In this document: one piece after another, positions 1 through 8,634 of the stretch | Numbering within the stretch: position 1 is the first letter of the stretch | How the letters are laid out: the number at the start of each line of letters is the position of its first letter | Origin: Terriglobia bacterium | Lineage (GTDB): Bacteria > Acidobacteriota > Terriglobia > UBA7540 | Reading direction: 5' to 3' | Assembly (NCBI GenBank): GCA_030037755.1 | Contig: JASHQD010000771.1 | Coordinates: 10,981 to 42,980, forward strand | DNA: 32,000 bases | Made by a program: the position numbers and the translations under genes | The notes under the pieces: model-generated | The model's database searches: none | What the model was told of the DNA's origin: nothing | The model's input: only the letters and a program-made list of their open reading frames with translations

Positions 1-445
1 TCATGTAGACCGCGCCCACGGCGCCCTCTTCGACCAGCTTCCGGGCCCGGACGTATTTAGGCGAAAAGCAGATCGTCTCCGCATAGCCGAGCATGACTTT
101 ATGCTTGCGGCAGGCCTTCAGAATGGCGTCCGCATCGTCGAGCGTATGCGCTATCGGCTTTTCAAGAATGACGTGCTTGCCGGCCTCGGCAGCGGCAACC
201 ACCACCTTGCGATGCAGGTCGTTGGGAATTCCGATCACGACCGCATCGATATCCTTGCGGTCCAGAAGCCGCCTGTAATCGGTGGTGAAGCTCGGGATTT
301 TCCATCGCTCCGCAAACGCCTCCACGCGGTCCTTATTCGGCGAACAGGCGGCGATTACTTCGGCTTCGGGCACTTCCTCGAGAGCCTCGGCATGAATGTT
401 CGAGACAAAAGCCGAGCCGATGATCCCTACACGCACCTTTTCCAT
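1..445 (-). CDS. Gfo/Idh/MocA family NAD(P)-dependent oxidoreductase, N-terminal part (3' end lies beyond the left window edge)
   Basis: Absent from the ORF track because it runs off the edge. Reverse-complement translation from the ATG at 445-443 reads MEKVRVGIIGSAFVSNIHAEALEEVPEAEVIAACSPNKDRVEAFAERWKIPSFTTDYRRLLDRKDIDAVVIGIPNDLHRKVVVAAAEAGKHVILEKPIA... This shows a Rossmann N-terminus and the family EKP motif. GGAG lies 5 nt upstream of the ATG. No signal peptide. Confidence 0.8.
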   Translation of the reverse strand, partial: MEKVRVGIIGSAFVSNIHAEALEEVPEAEVIAACSPNKDRVEAFAERWKIPSFTTDYRRLLDRKDIDAVVIGIPNDLHRKVVVAAAEAGKHVILEKPIAHTLDDADAILKACRKHKVMLGYAETICFSPKYVRARKLVEEGAVGAVYM

Positions 446-565
446 GAGAACTCCGGAGGCGACGACCCAGTTCGGCCGGGCGGCCCGGCGCGTTAGCGGG
501 CGCAAAAGCCACGCCCATTCCGCGATCGCGCTGCCAGCCGGCGGCCGGCGGATTCGCGAAGCGTC

Positions 566-901
566 CTACTTTTTGCCGCTGCTGCCAAAAGACCGGATCT
601 GCTTGACCAGGGCCTGAATGTCGGCGTCGCTCAACTGGTTTCCGAACGGCATCATCATGGTGTTTGGCTTGCCGTTCTTGATCGTGTCGGCGATTTTCTT
701 ATCGGTCATCGAAGCCTGCCACTTGGCGTCGGTAAAATCGGGCGTCTTGACAGCCGCATAGCCCTTACCGTCCGCGCCATGACACATCGAGCACTTCGAC
801 TTGAAAAGCGCGGCGCCATCGGAATCCGCCGCCATTGACAACCCCGCGCAAACGAGACAGCACGCGGCCACTACAACAAGGCGATTCAGCACAATTCTCA
901 T
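566..901 (-). CDS. Secreted mono-heme class I c-type cytochrome
   Basis: Contains the CSMCH heme-binding motif (CxxCH) and a distal Met-rich segment (NTMMMPF). Sec-type signal MRIVLNRLVVVAACCLVCAGLSMA. I chose the internal ATG at 901 because AGGAGGG precedes it; the track ORF extends to 955. Confidence 0.8.
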   Translation of the reverse strand: MRIVLNRLVVVAACCLVCAGLSMAADSDGAALFKSKCSMCHGADGKGYAAVKTPDFTDAKWQASMTDKKIADTIKNGKPNTMMMPFGNQLSDADIQALVKQIRSFGSSGKK

Positions 902-1379
902 AGCCCTCCTAACTCGCGTTTGCGGTACTCGGGACGATCGATCCTGATCCACCACTGCGTCATTGTGATGCTCGCGAAGGAACGGAGGTTTCTATCTCTC
1001 CGGGCGAGCCTGGGTGTTCTTTCTACGCACTAACCTGCCTGAGATCAGCCCGGGTATATCCCATGCTGCGGCTCGACGGGTTCGGCTGGGTAAATCCTGA
1101 GAGAACCCCATGCTACAGGCCAAACGCGGAAAAATCAAGAACGGTTATCGGTAGCCGGTTCCCGCGAAGCGGTTCTCCGTTTTCGGCTACCGTTTCGATT
1201 GTCCGTGTAATCGCCCAGTCACTCAATCGCTCAATCACAATCAGGCACAACCTCATCACTATCTTCACTTCGCCTCCGTTCAGGACGAAGTCTCGTTTCT
1301 TCGAGTAAACTAGCACGCGAGAGACAGCCGCAGACGAATCTGAACGGAATTCAACTCTGCGCCCCAGCGTTAGGTGCTC

Positions 1380-2252
1380 ATGATCTCGCGCCGGCAATGG
1401 CTGAAGATGATTGGCGCCGCGGCAACGGCCACGCCCGCGGCCGGCTGGATTCCCGGCGGGCAGGATGCCCGCGCTCCGAGCCGCCGGGTTCAGATCGGCG
1501 TCTGCGCGCCGCCGCGCGATCTTGAAAAGGCGGAGAGCTACGGCTTCGACTATCTGGAGCCTGGGGCGGCAGCGCTCGCCGACATGAGCGCGGCGGATTT
1601 TGCGTCGTTCAAGGCGCGCGTGCTCGCCTCGCGGCTGCGGTGCACGAGCTTCAACAGTTTCATCCGCAAACTGAGCGTGGTCGGCGACGACGTCAAGACA
1701 GACGAGGTGCGGAGCTATCTCGATCTCTGCCTGCCGCGCTGCCGCGAAGTGGGCGGCGAGATCGTGGTTTGGGGTAGCGCCAGTTCGCGGGATGTCCCCG
1801 CGGGGTTCCCGCGCGAGCGCGCCTGGGAGCAGATCAAGGCCTTCCTGCACCTCGCGGGCGACGCGGCGCGGCCGCACGGAATCGTGATCGCCATCGAGCC
1901 GCTGCGGCACCAGGAATCGAATATCATCAACACGGGCGCGGAGGCGTTGCGGCTGGTGCACGAGGTCCATCATCCCAACGTGCGCATGATTATCGACTAC
2001 TATCACATGCGAGTCGAGAACGAAGACCCCGACATCGTCTGGAAGGCGCGGCATGAGATCGTGCATTTCCACTTCGCGAATCCGCAGGGACGGCGCTGGC
2101 CCAGGAGCAGTTCCGAAGATCCCGAGTACGCACGGTTTTTCGAGCTGGTGAAGAAAATCCGCTTTCGCGGCGGAATCTCCATCGAAGGCAACGGCAGTTT
2201 CGAGCAGGACGCCCGCGCCAGCGTGGAGTTTTTTCATCAGGAACTCGCGTAG
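1380..2252 (+). CDS. Sugar phosphate isomerase/epimerase (xylose isomerase-like TIM barrel) with twin-arginine signal
   Basis: N-terminus MISRRQWLKMIGAAATATPAAG looks like a Tat signal. Body has family-typical segments (IVIAIEPL, HFHFANP, ISIEGN). Start could be GTG 1374 or ATG 1380. Confidence 0.8.
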   Translation: MISRRQWLKMIGAAATATPAAGWIPGGQDARAPSRRVQIGVCAPPRDLEKAESYGFDYLEPGAAALADMSAADFASFKARVLASRLRCTSFNSFIRKLSVVGDDVKTDEVRSYLDLCLPRCREVGGEIVVWGSASSRDVPAGFPRERAWEQIKAFLHLAGDAARPHGIVIAIEPLRHQESNIINTGAEALRLVHEVHHPNVRMIIDYYHMRVENEDPDIVWKARHEIVHFHFANPQGRRWPRSSSEDPEYARFFELVKKIRFRGGISIEGNGSFEQDARASVEFFHQELA

Positions 2253-2265
2253 GACTCGAACCTGG

Positions 2266-2285
2266 ATTCCCGCGTTCGGGGGAAT
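2266..2285. repeat. Small palindromic repeat ATTCCC-N8-GGGAAT just after the TIM-barrel gene stop
   Basis: ATTCCCGCGTTCGGGGGAAT forms a 6-bp stem. It shares the TTCCCGC...GGGAATGA core with the hairpin at 5285-5302. Confidence 0.4.
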
Positions 2286-2336
2286 GACGGATTGTGTTGA
2301 GTGCCTTGTGAGCAGGACTCTGGACTGGACCCCGAT

Positions 2337-3245
2337 ATGAACATCGTCTACGCCGATGGCTACGACCTTCACCTCGGCGATCATGTGTTTCCCTCGGTGA
2401 AGTACCGGCTGACGAAAGAAAAGCTGCTCAAGGAAGGCTGGGCGCACGAGGGGGATTTTGTTGAGCCCGAACCGGCCACCGATGAAGACGTGGCGCTGGT
2501 CCACGACCAGGAGTACATCTACAAACTCAAGCACGGGACGCTCTCCTACACGGAGATTCTGCGTCTCGAGATTCCCTACTCGCCCGAGCTGATTCAAGCT
2601 GTGTGGCTGTGCGCGGGCGGGTCGATTCTGGCCGGACGCCTGGCGCTCGAATCGGGAGCGAGCGTGAATCTCGGCGGCGGATTCCATCACGCCTTCGCCG
2701 ATCATGGCGAAGGATTCTGCGTGCTGCACGACGTTGCCATCGCCATCCGGCGCCTGCAGAAGGACGGCGCCGTGCGCACCGCGATGATCGTGGACTGCGA
2801 TGTCCATCACGGGAACGGCACGGCGGGAATCTTCGGCGCCGATCCGGACGTCTTCACATTCTCGATCCATCAAGAGCACAATTATCCCTATCCCAAGCCG
2901 CCGAGCTCGCTCGACATCAACCTGGAGGATGGCGCCGGCGACGACGAATATCTGGCGGCGCTCGAGCATGGACTGGCGGAGTCGTTCGCCAGGTTCCAGC
3001 CAGGCCTCGTCTTCTACGTCGCGGGCGCCGATCCTTACCGGGAGGACCAACTCGGCGGTCTTAAGCTCAGCCTTGACGGGCTCGCGCACCGCGACCGGTT
3101 GGTGTTCGAGCAGGCGCGCAAGCACAAAGCGCCGGTCGCGGTCACGCTCGCCGGCGGATACGCGCGGCACGTGGCGGATACCGTGCGAATCCATGCGACC
3201 ACGGCGCGCATCGCGCGGGAGTTCGCAGCGCCGGTTGCGTCTTAA
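2337..3245 (+). CDS. Histone deacetylase family (arginase/deacetylase fold) protein
   Basis: Motifs GGFHHAFADHGEGFCVLHDVAIAI and DCDVHHGNGT, plus GGY near the C-terminus. ATG 2337 (MNIVYADGYDL) preferred over the GTG at 2301. Confidence 0.85.
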   Translation: MNIVYADGYDLHLGDHVFPSVKYRLTKEKLLKEGWAHEGDFVEPEPATDEDVALVHDQEYIYKLKHGTLSYTEILRLEIPYSPELIQAVWLCAGGSILAGRLALESGASVNLGGGFHHAFADHGEGFCVLHDVAIAIRRLQKDGAVRTAMIVDCDVHHGNGTAGIFGADPDVFTFSIHQEHNYPYPKPPSSLDINLEDGAGDDEYLAALEHGLAESFARFQPGLVFYVAGADPYREDQLGGLKLSLDGLAHRDRLVFEQARKHKAPVAVTLAGGYARHVADTVRIHATTARIAREFAAPVAS

Positions 3246-3391
3246 TGTTGTGTCCCCCTCAATCTTCAACAGCCTGATGGTTTCGTGCGCGCAAATAGTG
3301 GCTTTCAGCAGCTTACACGCGTAAAGGTAAAACATACACGCGAGGGGAGTGGGGTGCAGGCTGCCTGAAGGCCGGCGCTACCTGAGCGTCC

Positions 3392-4324
3392 CTACATCGT
3401 CTTATCGAGATCCTTCCAGTGCACCAGAATGATGTGATTGTCTTCGATCGTCTTGTGGAACTCCGGGCTGGTGACGGCTTTGAAATCGCGGGCGCGCCAC
3501 GCCGCGCCGTAGTCGGGATGTCCGGCGGTGATGGCCTCAAGCTCGGAATCGTCGTGGCCAAGGTGGACGATGAACTCGTTCAAGCCGGGCTTCAGATTAT
3601 TCAGGGCCTTGACGTAGGACTCGGTCCAGGTCTCCGCCTTGACGAAGGGTGTGAACTGTGTGAGTGAGTCGAGCACCGGATCGGTTGGCTTCAGCATCGA
3701 CAGCCACTTCGCCTGCGAGCCCGAGATGTGCAGTGCAAGGAACGGCAGATGGTACTCGTGCGCCACCTTGATCAGAACCGCGTAGTAGTCCTGACGCGCG
3801 GCGAGCGTTCCCATGTGCATGTCGAGATGCGTGGGATGAATACCCATTGCCATCGCGCGCTCGACCTGGGCGCGGATTTCGCGCTCCACGTCGTCGGGCG
3901 TGGCGTGCTGGACCACGGGCATCACTTCAGGCCAGAAGTATCCGTCGGGATTGAGCAGCGACGGCACCTGGTCGCGCGGGGCGACGGGACCCCAGCGGTA
4001 GTCCTTCCACTCACTGGTGAGGGTGAGGTGAATGCCGACGTCGGCTTCGGGGTGAGCCTTGAACCAATCCGCCACTTCCGTCAGCCAGGGGCAGGGCACC
4101 ATGACGCTGGCCGAGGTTACGGCGCCGGATTCGAGCGCCGCGAAGCTGGCGTCGTCCACCGAATGCGCCACGGCGAGATCGTCGGCATGGATGATGAGGA
4201 GCTTGGCGTCGGCAGGATAACCGAGACGCTCGGCGACGGTCTGCGGTGAAGCTTGAGGAGGTGTCTGCGCCTGAGCGAAAGCCTGCACAGCAAGGAGTAT
4301 CGCGACCGCGAGAATCCGTTTCAT
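3392..4324 (-). CDS. Secreted ChbG/HpnK (YdjC-like) carbohydrate deacetylase
   Basis: Signal peptide MKRILAVAILLAVQAFAQA. YdjC-type motifs LIIHADDLAVAHSVDDA and THLDMHMGT. Lies 11 nt downstream of larE, so probably co-transcribed. Confidence 0.75.
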   Translation of the reverse strand: MKRILAVAILLAVQAFAQAQTPPQASPQTVAERLGYPADAKLLIIHADDLAVAHSVDDASFAALESGAVTSASVMVPCPWLTEVADWFKAHPEADVGIHLTLTSEWKDYRWGPVAPRDQVPSLLNPDGYFWPEVMPVVQHATPDDVEREIRAQVERAMAMGIHPTHLDMHMGTLAARQDYYAVLIKVAHEYHLPFLALHISGSQAKWLSMLKPTDPVLDSLTQFTPFVKAETWTESYVKALNNLKPGLNEFIVHLGHDDSELEAITAGHPDYGAAWRARDFKAVTSPEFHKTIEDNHIILVHWKDLDKTM

Positions 4325-4335
4325 CAGCTGCGTTT

Positions 4336-5202
4336 CTACCTATCCGGCCCCCGAACCCCGAACCCTGGATCCCGACTCCCGGCATTCCCGATCTTCGTCA
4401 ATCCCGAATTCAGCGATCCTTGCCGGTAGCCTTCGAGATCGAGCGTGACGTACGTGAATCCCAGGGCTTTCAGCGCCTCGACGAATCGCCGGGCCATTTC
4501 GGGATCGAGCGCGCGGGGCAGCTCTTCGGCTGCGATCTCGATGCGCGCCAGCTTGTCGTGATGCCGCAAACGGAAGCGCGTGAATCCCAGCGCGCGCAGC
4601 GCTTCTTCGCCCTGTTCGACCACGCGCAGGCGCTCGGGCGTGACCTCGATGCCGTACGCAATCCTTGAAGCAAGGCAGGGCGACGCGGGCCGGTCCCACA
4701 CCGGAACGCCGGCACGACGCGCCAGTTCGCGGATGTCGGCTTTGGTAAGGCCGGCGTCGACGAGCGGCGTCAACACGCGATGATCGCGCGCCGCCTGCTG
4801 GCCCGGACGCCAGTCGCCGAGATCGTCCATGTTGACGCCGTAAGCCACAGCGGCGTAACCGCGCTCGTCCGCGAGGCGATCGAGCTCCGTGAAAAGCTCA
4901 TCCTTGCAGAAGAAGCATCGGTTCGGGGCATTGGCGCGATAGGCGGGATTCGAGACTTCGTGCGTTTCGATGAATTCGTGCGGCAGCGCGAGTTGCCGGG
5001 CGCAGTCGGTCGCCTTGCGCCGGTCGTCCGCCGAGTAGCTCTCGCTGAGCGCGGTCACGGCCAGCATCCGATCCGCGAGGACTTTGTGCGCCGCGTAAGC
5101 GAGGAACGCCGAGTCCACTCCGCCCGAGTAAGCCACGACCAGCGACGGCACAGCTCCGAGTTCCGCCTCCAGGCGCGCACGCTTGGTCTCGAGGTCGCTC
5201 AT
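4336..5202 (-). CDS. larE: ATP-dependent sacrificial sulfur transferase LarE-like PP-loop ATPase
   Basis: PP-loop SGGVDS near the N-terminus. Conserved Cys segment ASPCLASRIAYG. C-terminal TLDLEGYRQGSLN, followed by a roughly 22-aa tail that is partly encoded by heptamer repeats. Confidence 0.8.
   Translation of the reverse strand: MSDLETKRARLEAELGAVPSLVVAYSGGVDSAFLAYAAHKVLADRMLAVTALSESYSADDRRKATDCARQLALPHEFIETHEVSNPAYRANAPNRCFFCKDELFTELDRLADERGYAAVAYGVNMDDLGDWRPGQQAARDHRVLTPLVDAGLTKADIRELARRAGVPVWDRPASPCLASRIAYGIEVTPERLRVVEQGEEALRALGFTRFRLRHHDKLARIEIAAEELPRALDPEMARRFVEALKALGFTYVTLDLEGYRQGSLNSGLTKIGNAGSRDPGFGVRGPDR
4349..4383. repeat. Heptanucleotide tandem array (5 units) inside the 3' end of larE
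   Basis: Plus strand reads CCCCGAA CCCCGAA CCCTGGA TCCCGAC TCCCGGC. On the minus strand this encodes ..AGSRDPGFGVRG.. of the LarE tail. Confidence 0.6.
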
Positions 5203-5284
5203 CGTCAGCCCAGCATAACCCTACCGCCAGGGCAAAGCAATTCCGGGTAGTGGTGGCATTTGATCATTGGAACGCCCTTCGTCG

Positions 5285-5302
5285 TTCCCGCCTGCGCGGG
5301 AA
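5285..5302. repeat. Small palindromic repeat TTCCCGC-CTGC-GCGGGAA
   Basis: Perfect 7-bp stem with a 4-nt loop in the larE/S1 divergent intergenic region. The reverse complement reads TCATTCCCGCGCAGGCGGGAA, a hairpin type I recall as widespread in bacterial intergenic DNA. Confidence 0.5.
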
Positions 5303-5399
5303 TGAGGAATGACCAAGAGCAGCCGAAAAACGGCACCGGTACCCAATTCCGCAACGGATAGAAAGAGTGGGCGGTCGAGGCGAGCGCTTGGGTTCGCTT

Positions 5400-5428
5400 T
5401 TCGTATGAGCGGATCCTGCTGGTACAAT
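5400..5428 (+). promoter_or_regulatory. Candidate sigma70-type promoter for the S1-domain gene
   Basis: TTCGTA - 17 nt - TACAAT, with an extended -10 TG (TGGTACAAT). The -35 is weak. Confidence 0.35.
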
Positions 5429-5493
5429 TATCCGTCGGGCATCCACAAGGAATGATTGCCGAGGGGCGAAGCGCAATCGTACAGGAGTGTGCC

Positions 5494-6924
5494 GTGGGCG
5501 ATCACGAGGAAGATTTCGCAGCGATGTTCGAGGCTTCGGCCGTGGCCAAGCGCCTCGATCAGGGCGAACTGGTGGAGGGCAGGGTCGTCTCCATCGGGCC
5601 GGAGGTCGCGTTAGTCGACGTTGGCCGCAAGGGTGAGGCGGTCATGGACATCGCTGAACTGAAGAACGACGCCGGTGAGTTTGAGGTCGCGCTGGGCGAT
5701 CATATCAAGGCGATGGTGGTATCAACGCAAGGCGGATTGACACTCTCCCGAAAGTTGGCGGGAGCGGCCGCGAGCGATGAGCAGTTCGAAACCGCCTTTC
5801 AAAGCGGCCTGCCGGTGGAAGGGAAGGTTGAACGGGCGGTAAAGGGCGGCTACGAGGTACGCATCGGCCGGCGCCGCGCCTTCTGCCCGATTTCCCAGAT
5901 TGACCTCCGCGGCGCCGACCCGTCGGCGCACGAAGGGCACGTCTACCCATTCCGCATCATCGAGTACAAGGAAGGCGGCGCCAACGTCGTTGTCTCCCGT
6001 CGCGCGCTCCTCGAGGAGGAGCAGCGGGTGAACGCCGCCAAGCTTCGCGAGAAGATCGTTGCCGGCGCCGTCCTGACCGGCCGTGTGGCTTCCATCCGTG
6101 AGTTCGGCGCGTTCATCGATCTCGGCGCAGGCGTCCAGGGGTTGCTCCACGTGTCCGAAATGGCGTGGTCGCGTGTGTCGAACCCCGCGGAGGTGGTGAA
6201 AGCAGGCGAGGAGATCACCGTCAAGGTGCTGCGCGTGGACGCGGAAAAGCAGAAGATATCGCTCGGCTTGAAGCAACTCTCCGCCGATCCATGGACGAGA
6301 GTGCCGCAGGCGTACAGAGTAGGCCAACGGCTGCCGGGCCGCGTCACGCGCGTCGCGGAGTTCGGCGCGTTTGTGGAACTCGAGCCGGGCGTCGAGGCGC
6401 TGGCCCATGCTTCCACATTTGCGCCGACCGGACGATCGGGAGGCTGGTCAAGTCAGGTCGCTGCCGGAACGACCGGAACTTTCGAGATTCTAACCATCGA
6501 CCCCGAGCAGAAACGGATCGGGGTGGCGCTGATCGAGGAAGGCTGGGCGCGGGCCGAGGCGACGGGAACCCGGCCGGGCATCGTTCCGGGCGCGCGCCTG
6601 ACGGGAAAGGTCGAACGGCACGAGAACTTCGGCGTCTTCGTCTTCCTCGCCCCCGGGCGTACGGGTGTCATTCCCTTGAGCGAGACCGGCGTCGCGAAGG
6701 AAGGTGATGTCCGGCGGGCCTTTCCCGTCGGGGCGGACGTCGAGGTGATCGTCCTGGAAGTCGATCCGGCAGGGCGGCGCATCCGCCTGAGCGCGAAGGC
6801 CGTCGCGGAAGCGCGCGAGGCCGAAGAAGTGCGCGAGTGGACGGAGCAGAATGCCGCTCCCGCCGAGGGCTCGGGGATACTGGCCGACAAGCTGCGCTCG
6901 GCGTTCAAGTCGCTACGGAAGTGA
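5494..6924 (+). CDS. Multi-S1-domain RNA-binding protein (ribosomal protein S1-like)
   Basis: Repeated S1 signatures: GRVASIREFGAFIDLGAGVQGLLHVSEM, GRVTRVAEFGAFVELEPGVEALAH, GKVERHENFGVFVFL. GTG 5494 is preceded by AGGAG at 6-nt spacing; ATG 5452 has its SD-like AAGGA immediately adjacent, so it is less likely. Confidence 0.8.
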   Translation: MGDHEEDFAAMFEASAVAKRLDQGELVEGRVVSIGPEVALVDVGRKGEAVMDIAELKNDAGEFEVALGDHIKAMVVSTQGGLTLSRKLAGAAASDEQFETAFQSGLPVEGKVERAVKGGYEVRIGRRRAFCPISQIDLRGADPSAHEGHVYPFRIIEYKEGGANVVVSRRALLEEEQRVNAAKLREKIVAGAVLTGRVASIREFGAFIDLGAGVQGLLHVSEMAWSRVSNPAEVVKAGEEITVKVLRVDAEKQKISLGLKQLSADPWTRVPQAYRVGQRLPGRVTRVAEFGAFVELEPGVEALAHASTFAPTGRSGGWSSQVAAGTTGTFEILTIDPEQKRIGVALIEEGWARAEATGTRPGIVPGARLTGKVERHENFGVFVFLAPGRTGVIPLSETGVAKEGDVRRAFPVGADVEVIVLEVDPAGRRIRLSAKAVAEAREAEEVREWTEQNAAPAEGSGILADKLRSAFKSLRK

Positions 6925-7153
6925 CGCTTTTACCCGTCCCTCCTCTCGGTGCTTCCGTCAGTCCGAGTTCTGGCACGCAAAGCCTCGGCAGCGGCGGGCA
7001 CAGCATCGATCGCACTTTGCTCCCGCAACCGTTAGAGAGGTCGAGAACGGATCCTTGCACAACGGTGCTGATGCGTGATGACGAGGCGCTGAGCAGTTCC
7101 CGGTCCCAGGATTGGCTTTCCGAGGACTTCAATTCGGAACCGAGGAGACAAGG

Positions 7154-8533
7154 CTACTTGCCCACGCAGAACGTCGAAAAGATCACGCCCAGCAGATCCT
7201 CCACCGTCGTCGCGCCCGTGATCGCGTCGAGCGCGCGCAGAGCGTCGTAGAGATCGAGCAACAGCATTTCGTGGTGGACACGCTCACGGGCGGCGCCGCG
7301 GGCGCGGCCGAGAGCGCCCAGGCATTCGCGCAGCAGTTGCTGATGCCGCAGGTTCGTTATCAGCGTTCCGCCGGCGGCGTCGCGCGCAGGAGCGGCGAGA
7401 TCGAGCAGCGCGGTCTTAAGTTCGGCTACTCCCTGGCCCGTCAGGGCTGACGTCCAGACAACCGTCGTTCCGGTGAGATGATCACCGATCTGATCGGCGT
7501 CGATTCCGGGCGCGAGATCGCACTTATTGAATGCGACCAGGAGCGAGCCGAGCGGATGGACGCGATCGAGCAGCGCGCCATCTTCGGGAGTCCACTCCTC
7601 AGACGCGTCGATCACCAGCAGCCGCAGGTCAGAATCCGCGATCACCTGAAGCGTCTTGCGGACGCCGATCTGCTCGGCTTCGTCGATCGTCTCGCGAATG
7701 CCGGCGGTATCGACAAGCCGCACGGGGATCCCGCCGATCGCGGCGCTCTCGGCCACAAGATCGCGGGTGGTGCCTGGCGTAGCGGTGACAATAGCGCGCT
7801 CTTCGTTCAGCAGACGGTTAAAGAGGCTCGATTTCCCCACGTTCGGCCGGCCGACGATGGCCAGGCTCAGCCCGTCATGCACCAGCCGGCCGTATTCGTA
7901 TCCGGCGACGAGCGGTTCGAGGTCAGCCGTGATCCTGTCGAGGCTGCGCCCGATTTCGTCCCAGCTTGAGACAGGCACATCGTCTTCGGCAAAGTCGATG
8001 CCCGCTTCCAGGCGCGCGATCAGCTCCACCAACGCCTGTTTGTGCGGCTTGAGCCGCGCTGAGACCGATCCCTCCATCTGCTCCGCGGCCACGCGAGCCT
8101 GGTAGATCGTGCGCGACTCAATCAGGTCACGCACCGCCTCGGCCTGGGTGAGGTCGATGCGGCCGTTGAGGAAGGCGCGCAGGGTGAATTCGCCGGGCTC
8201 CGCCACGCGCGCGCCGCGCTCCAGGCAGCACTCGACGAGATAGGCGAGAATGACGGGGGCGCCGTGACAGGAGATCTCGACAACGTCCTCGCCCGTGTAG
8301 GAACGCGGCCGTCGGAAAGTGGTCAGAACGACTTCATCGAGCACGCGGCCCGAGCCCGGATCGCGAAATTCGCCGAGCGTCGCGTGGTGGGTCTCGATGG
8401 GGATCTTTGAAGGGCGGATGAGGCTCGATGCAATCTCGATGGCGCGCTCGCCCGAGAGCCGCACCACGCCGATGCCTCCGCGTCCCGGCGGGGTGGCGAT
8501 GGCGACGATGGTGTCTTCAGGGGCTGCAGGCAT
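7154..8533 (-). CDS. mnmE: tRNA uridine-5-carboxymethylaminomethyl modification GTPase MnmE
   Basis: N-terminal IVAIATPPGRGGIGVVRLSG. G1 GRPNVGKSSLFN, G3 DTAGIRE, G4 NKCD. C-terminal FCVGK (CxGK) motif. Confidence 0.95.
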   Translation of the reverse strand: MPAAPEDTIVAIATPPGRGGIGVVRLSGERAIEIASSLIRPSKIPIETHHATLGEFRDPGSGRVLDEVVLTTFRRPRSYTGEDVVEISCHGAPVILAYLVECCLERGARVAEPGEFTLRAFLNGRIDLTQAEAVRDLIESRTIYQARVAAEQMEGSVSARLKPHKQALVELIARLEAGIDFAEDDVPVSSWDEIGRSLDRITADLEPLVAGYEYGRLVHDGLSLAIVGRPNVGKSSLFNRLLNEERAIVTATPGTTRDLVAESAAIGGIPVRLVDTAGIRETIDEAEQIGVRKTLQVIADSDLRLLVIDASEEWTPEDGALLDRVHPLGSLLVAFNKCDLAPGIDADQIGDHLTGTTVVWTSALTGQGVAELKTALLDLAAPARDAAGGTLITNLRHQQLLRECLGALGRARGAARERVHHEMLLLDLYDALRALDAITGATTVEDLLGVIFSTFCVGK

Positions 8534-8634
8534 TACCAGACGTCATAATAAGCCAAACTGCGAGTGTTGATAGGGTAGACCGTGCCGGGCATCGATGTCA
8601 CCATCCCGCCGGCGCTAATCCGGGCCAGCCTAGC

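Noticed and set aside
2250-2275. The minus strand contains GGTTCGAGTCC, a typical tRNA T-loop sequence.
   Set aside because: The flanking bases do not form a T-stem (CCAGG vs CCTAC) or an acceptor stem, and the sequence overlaps the stop region of the TIM-barrel gene. Not a tRNA; at most chance similarity.
1113-3335. 740-aa ORF on the minus strand spanning the TIM-barrel gene, the HDAC gene and two intergenic spacers.
   Set aside because: It is antisense to two genes with clear family motifs. Its translation is Arg/Ala/Gly-rich low-complexity, typical of stop-free antisense frames in high-GC DNA. No motif or RBS.
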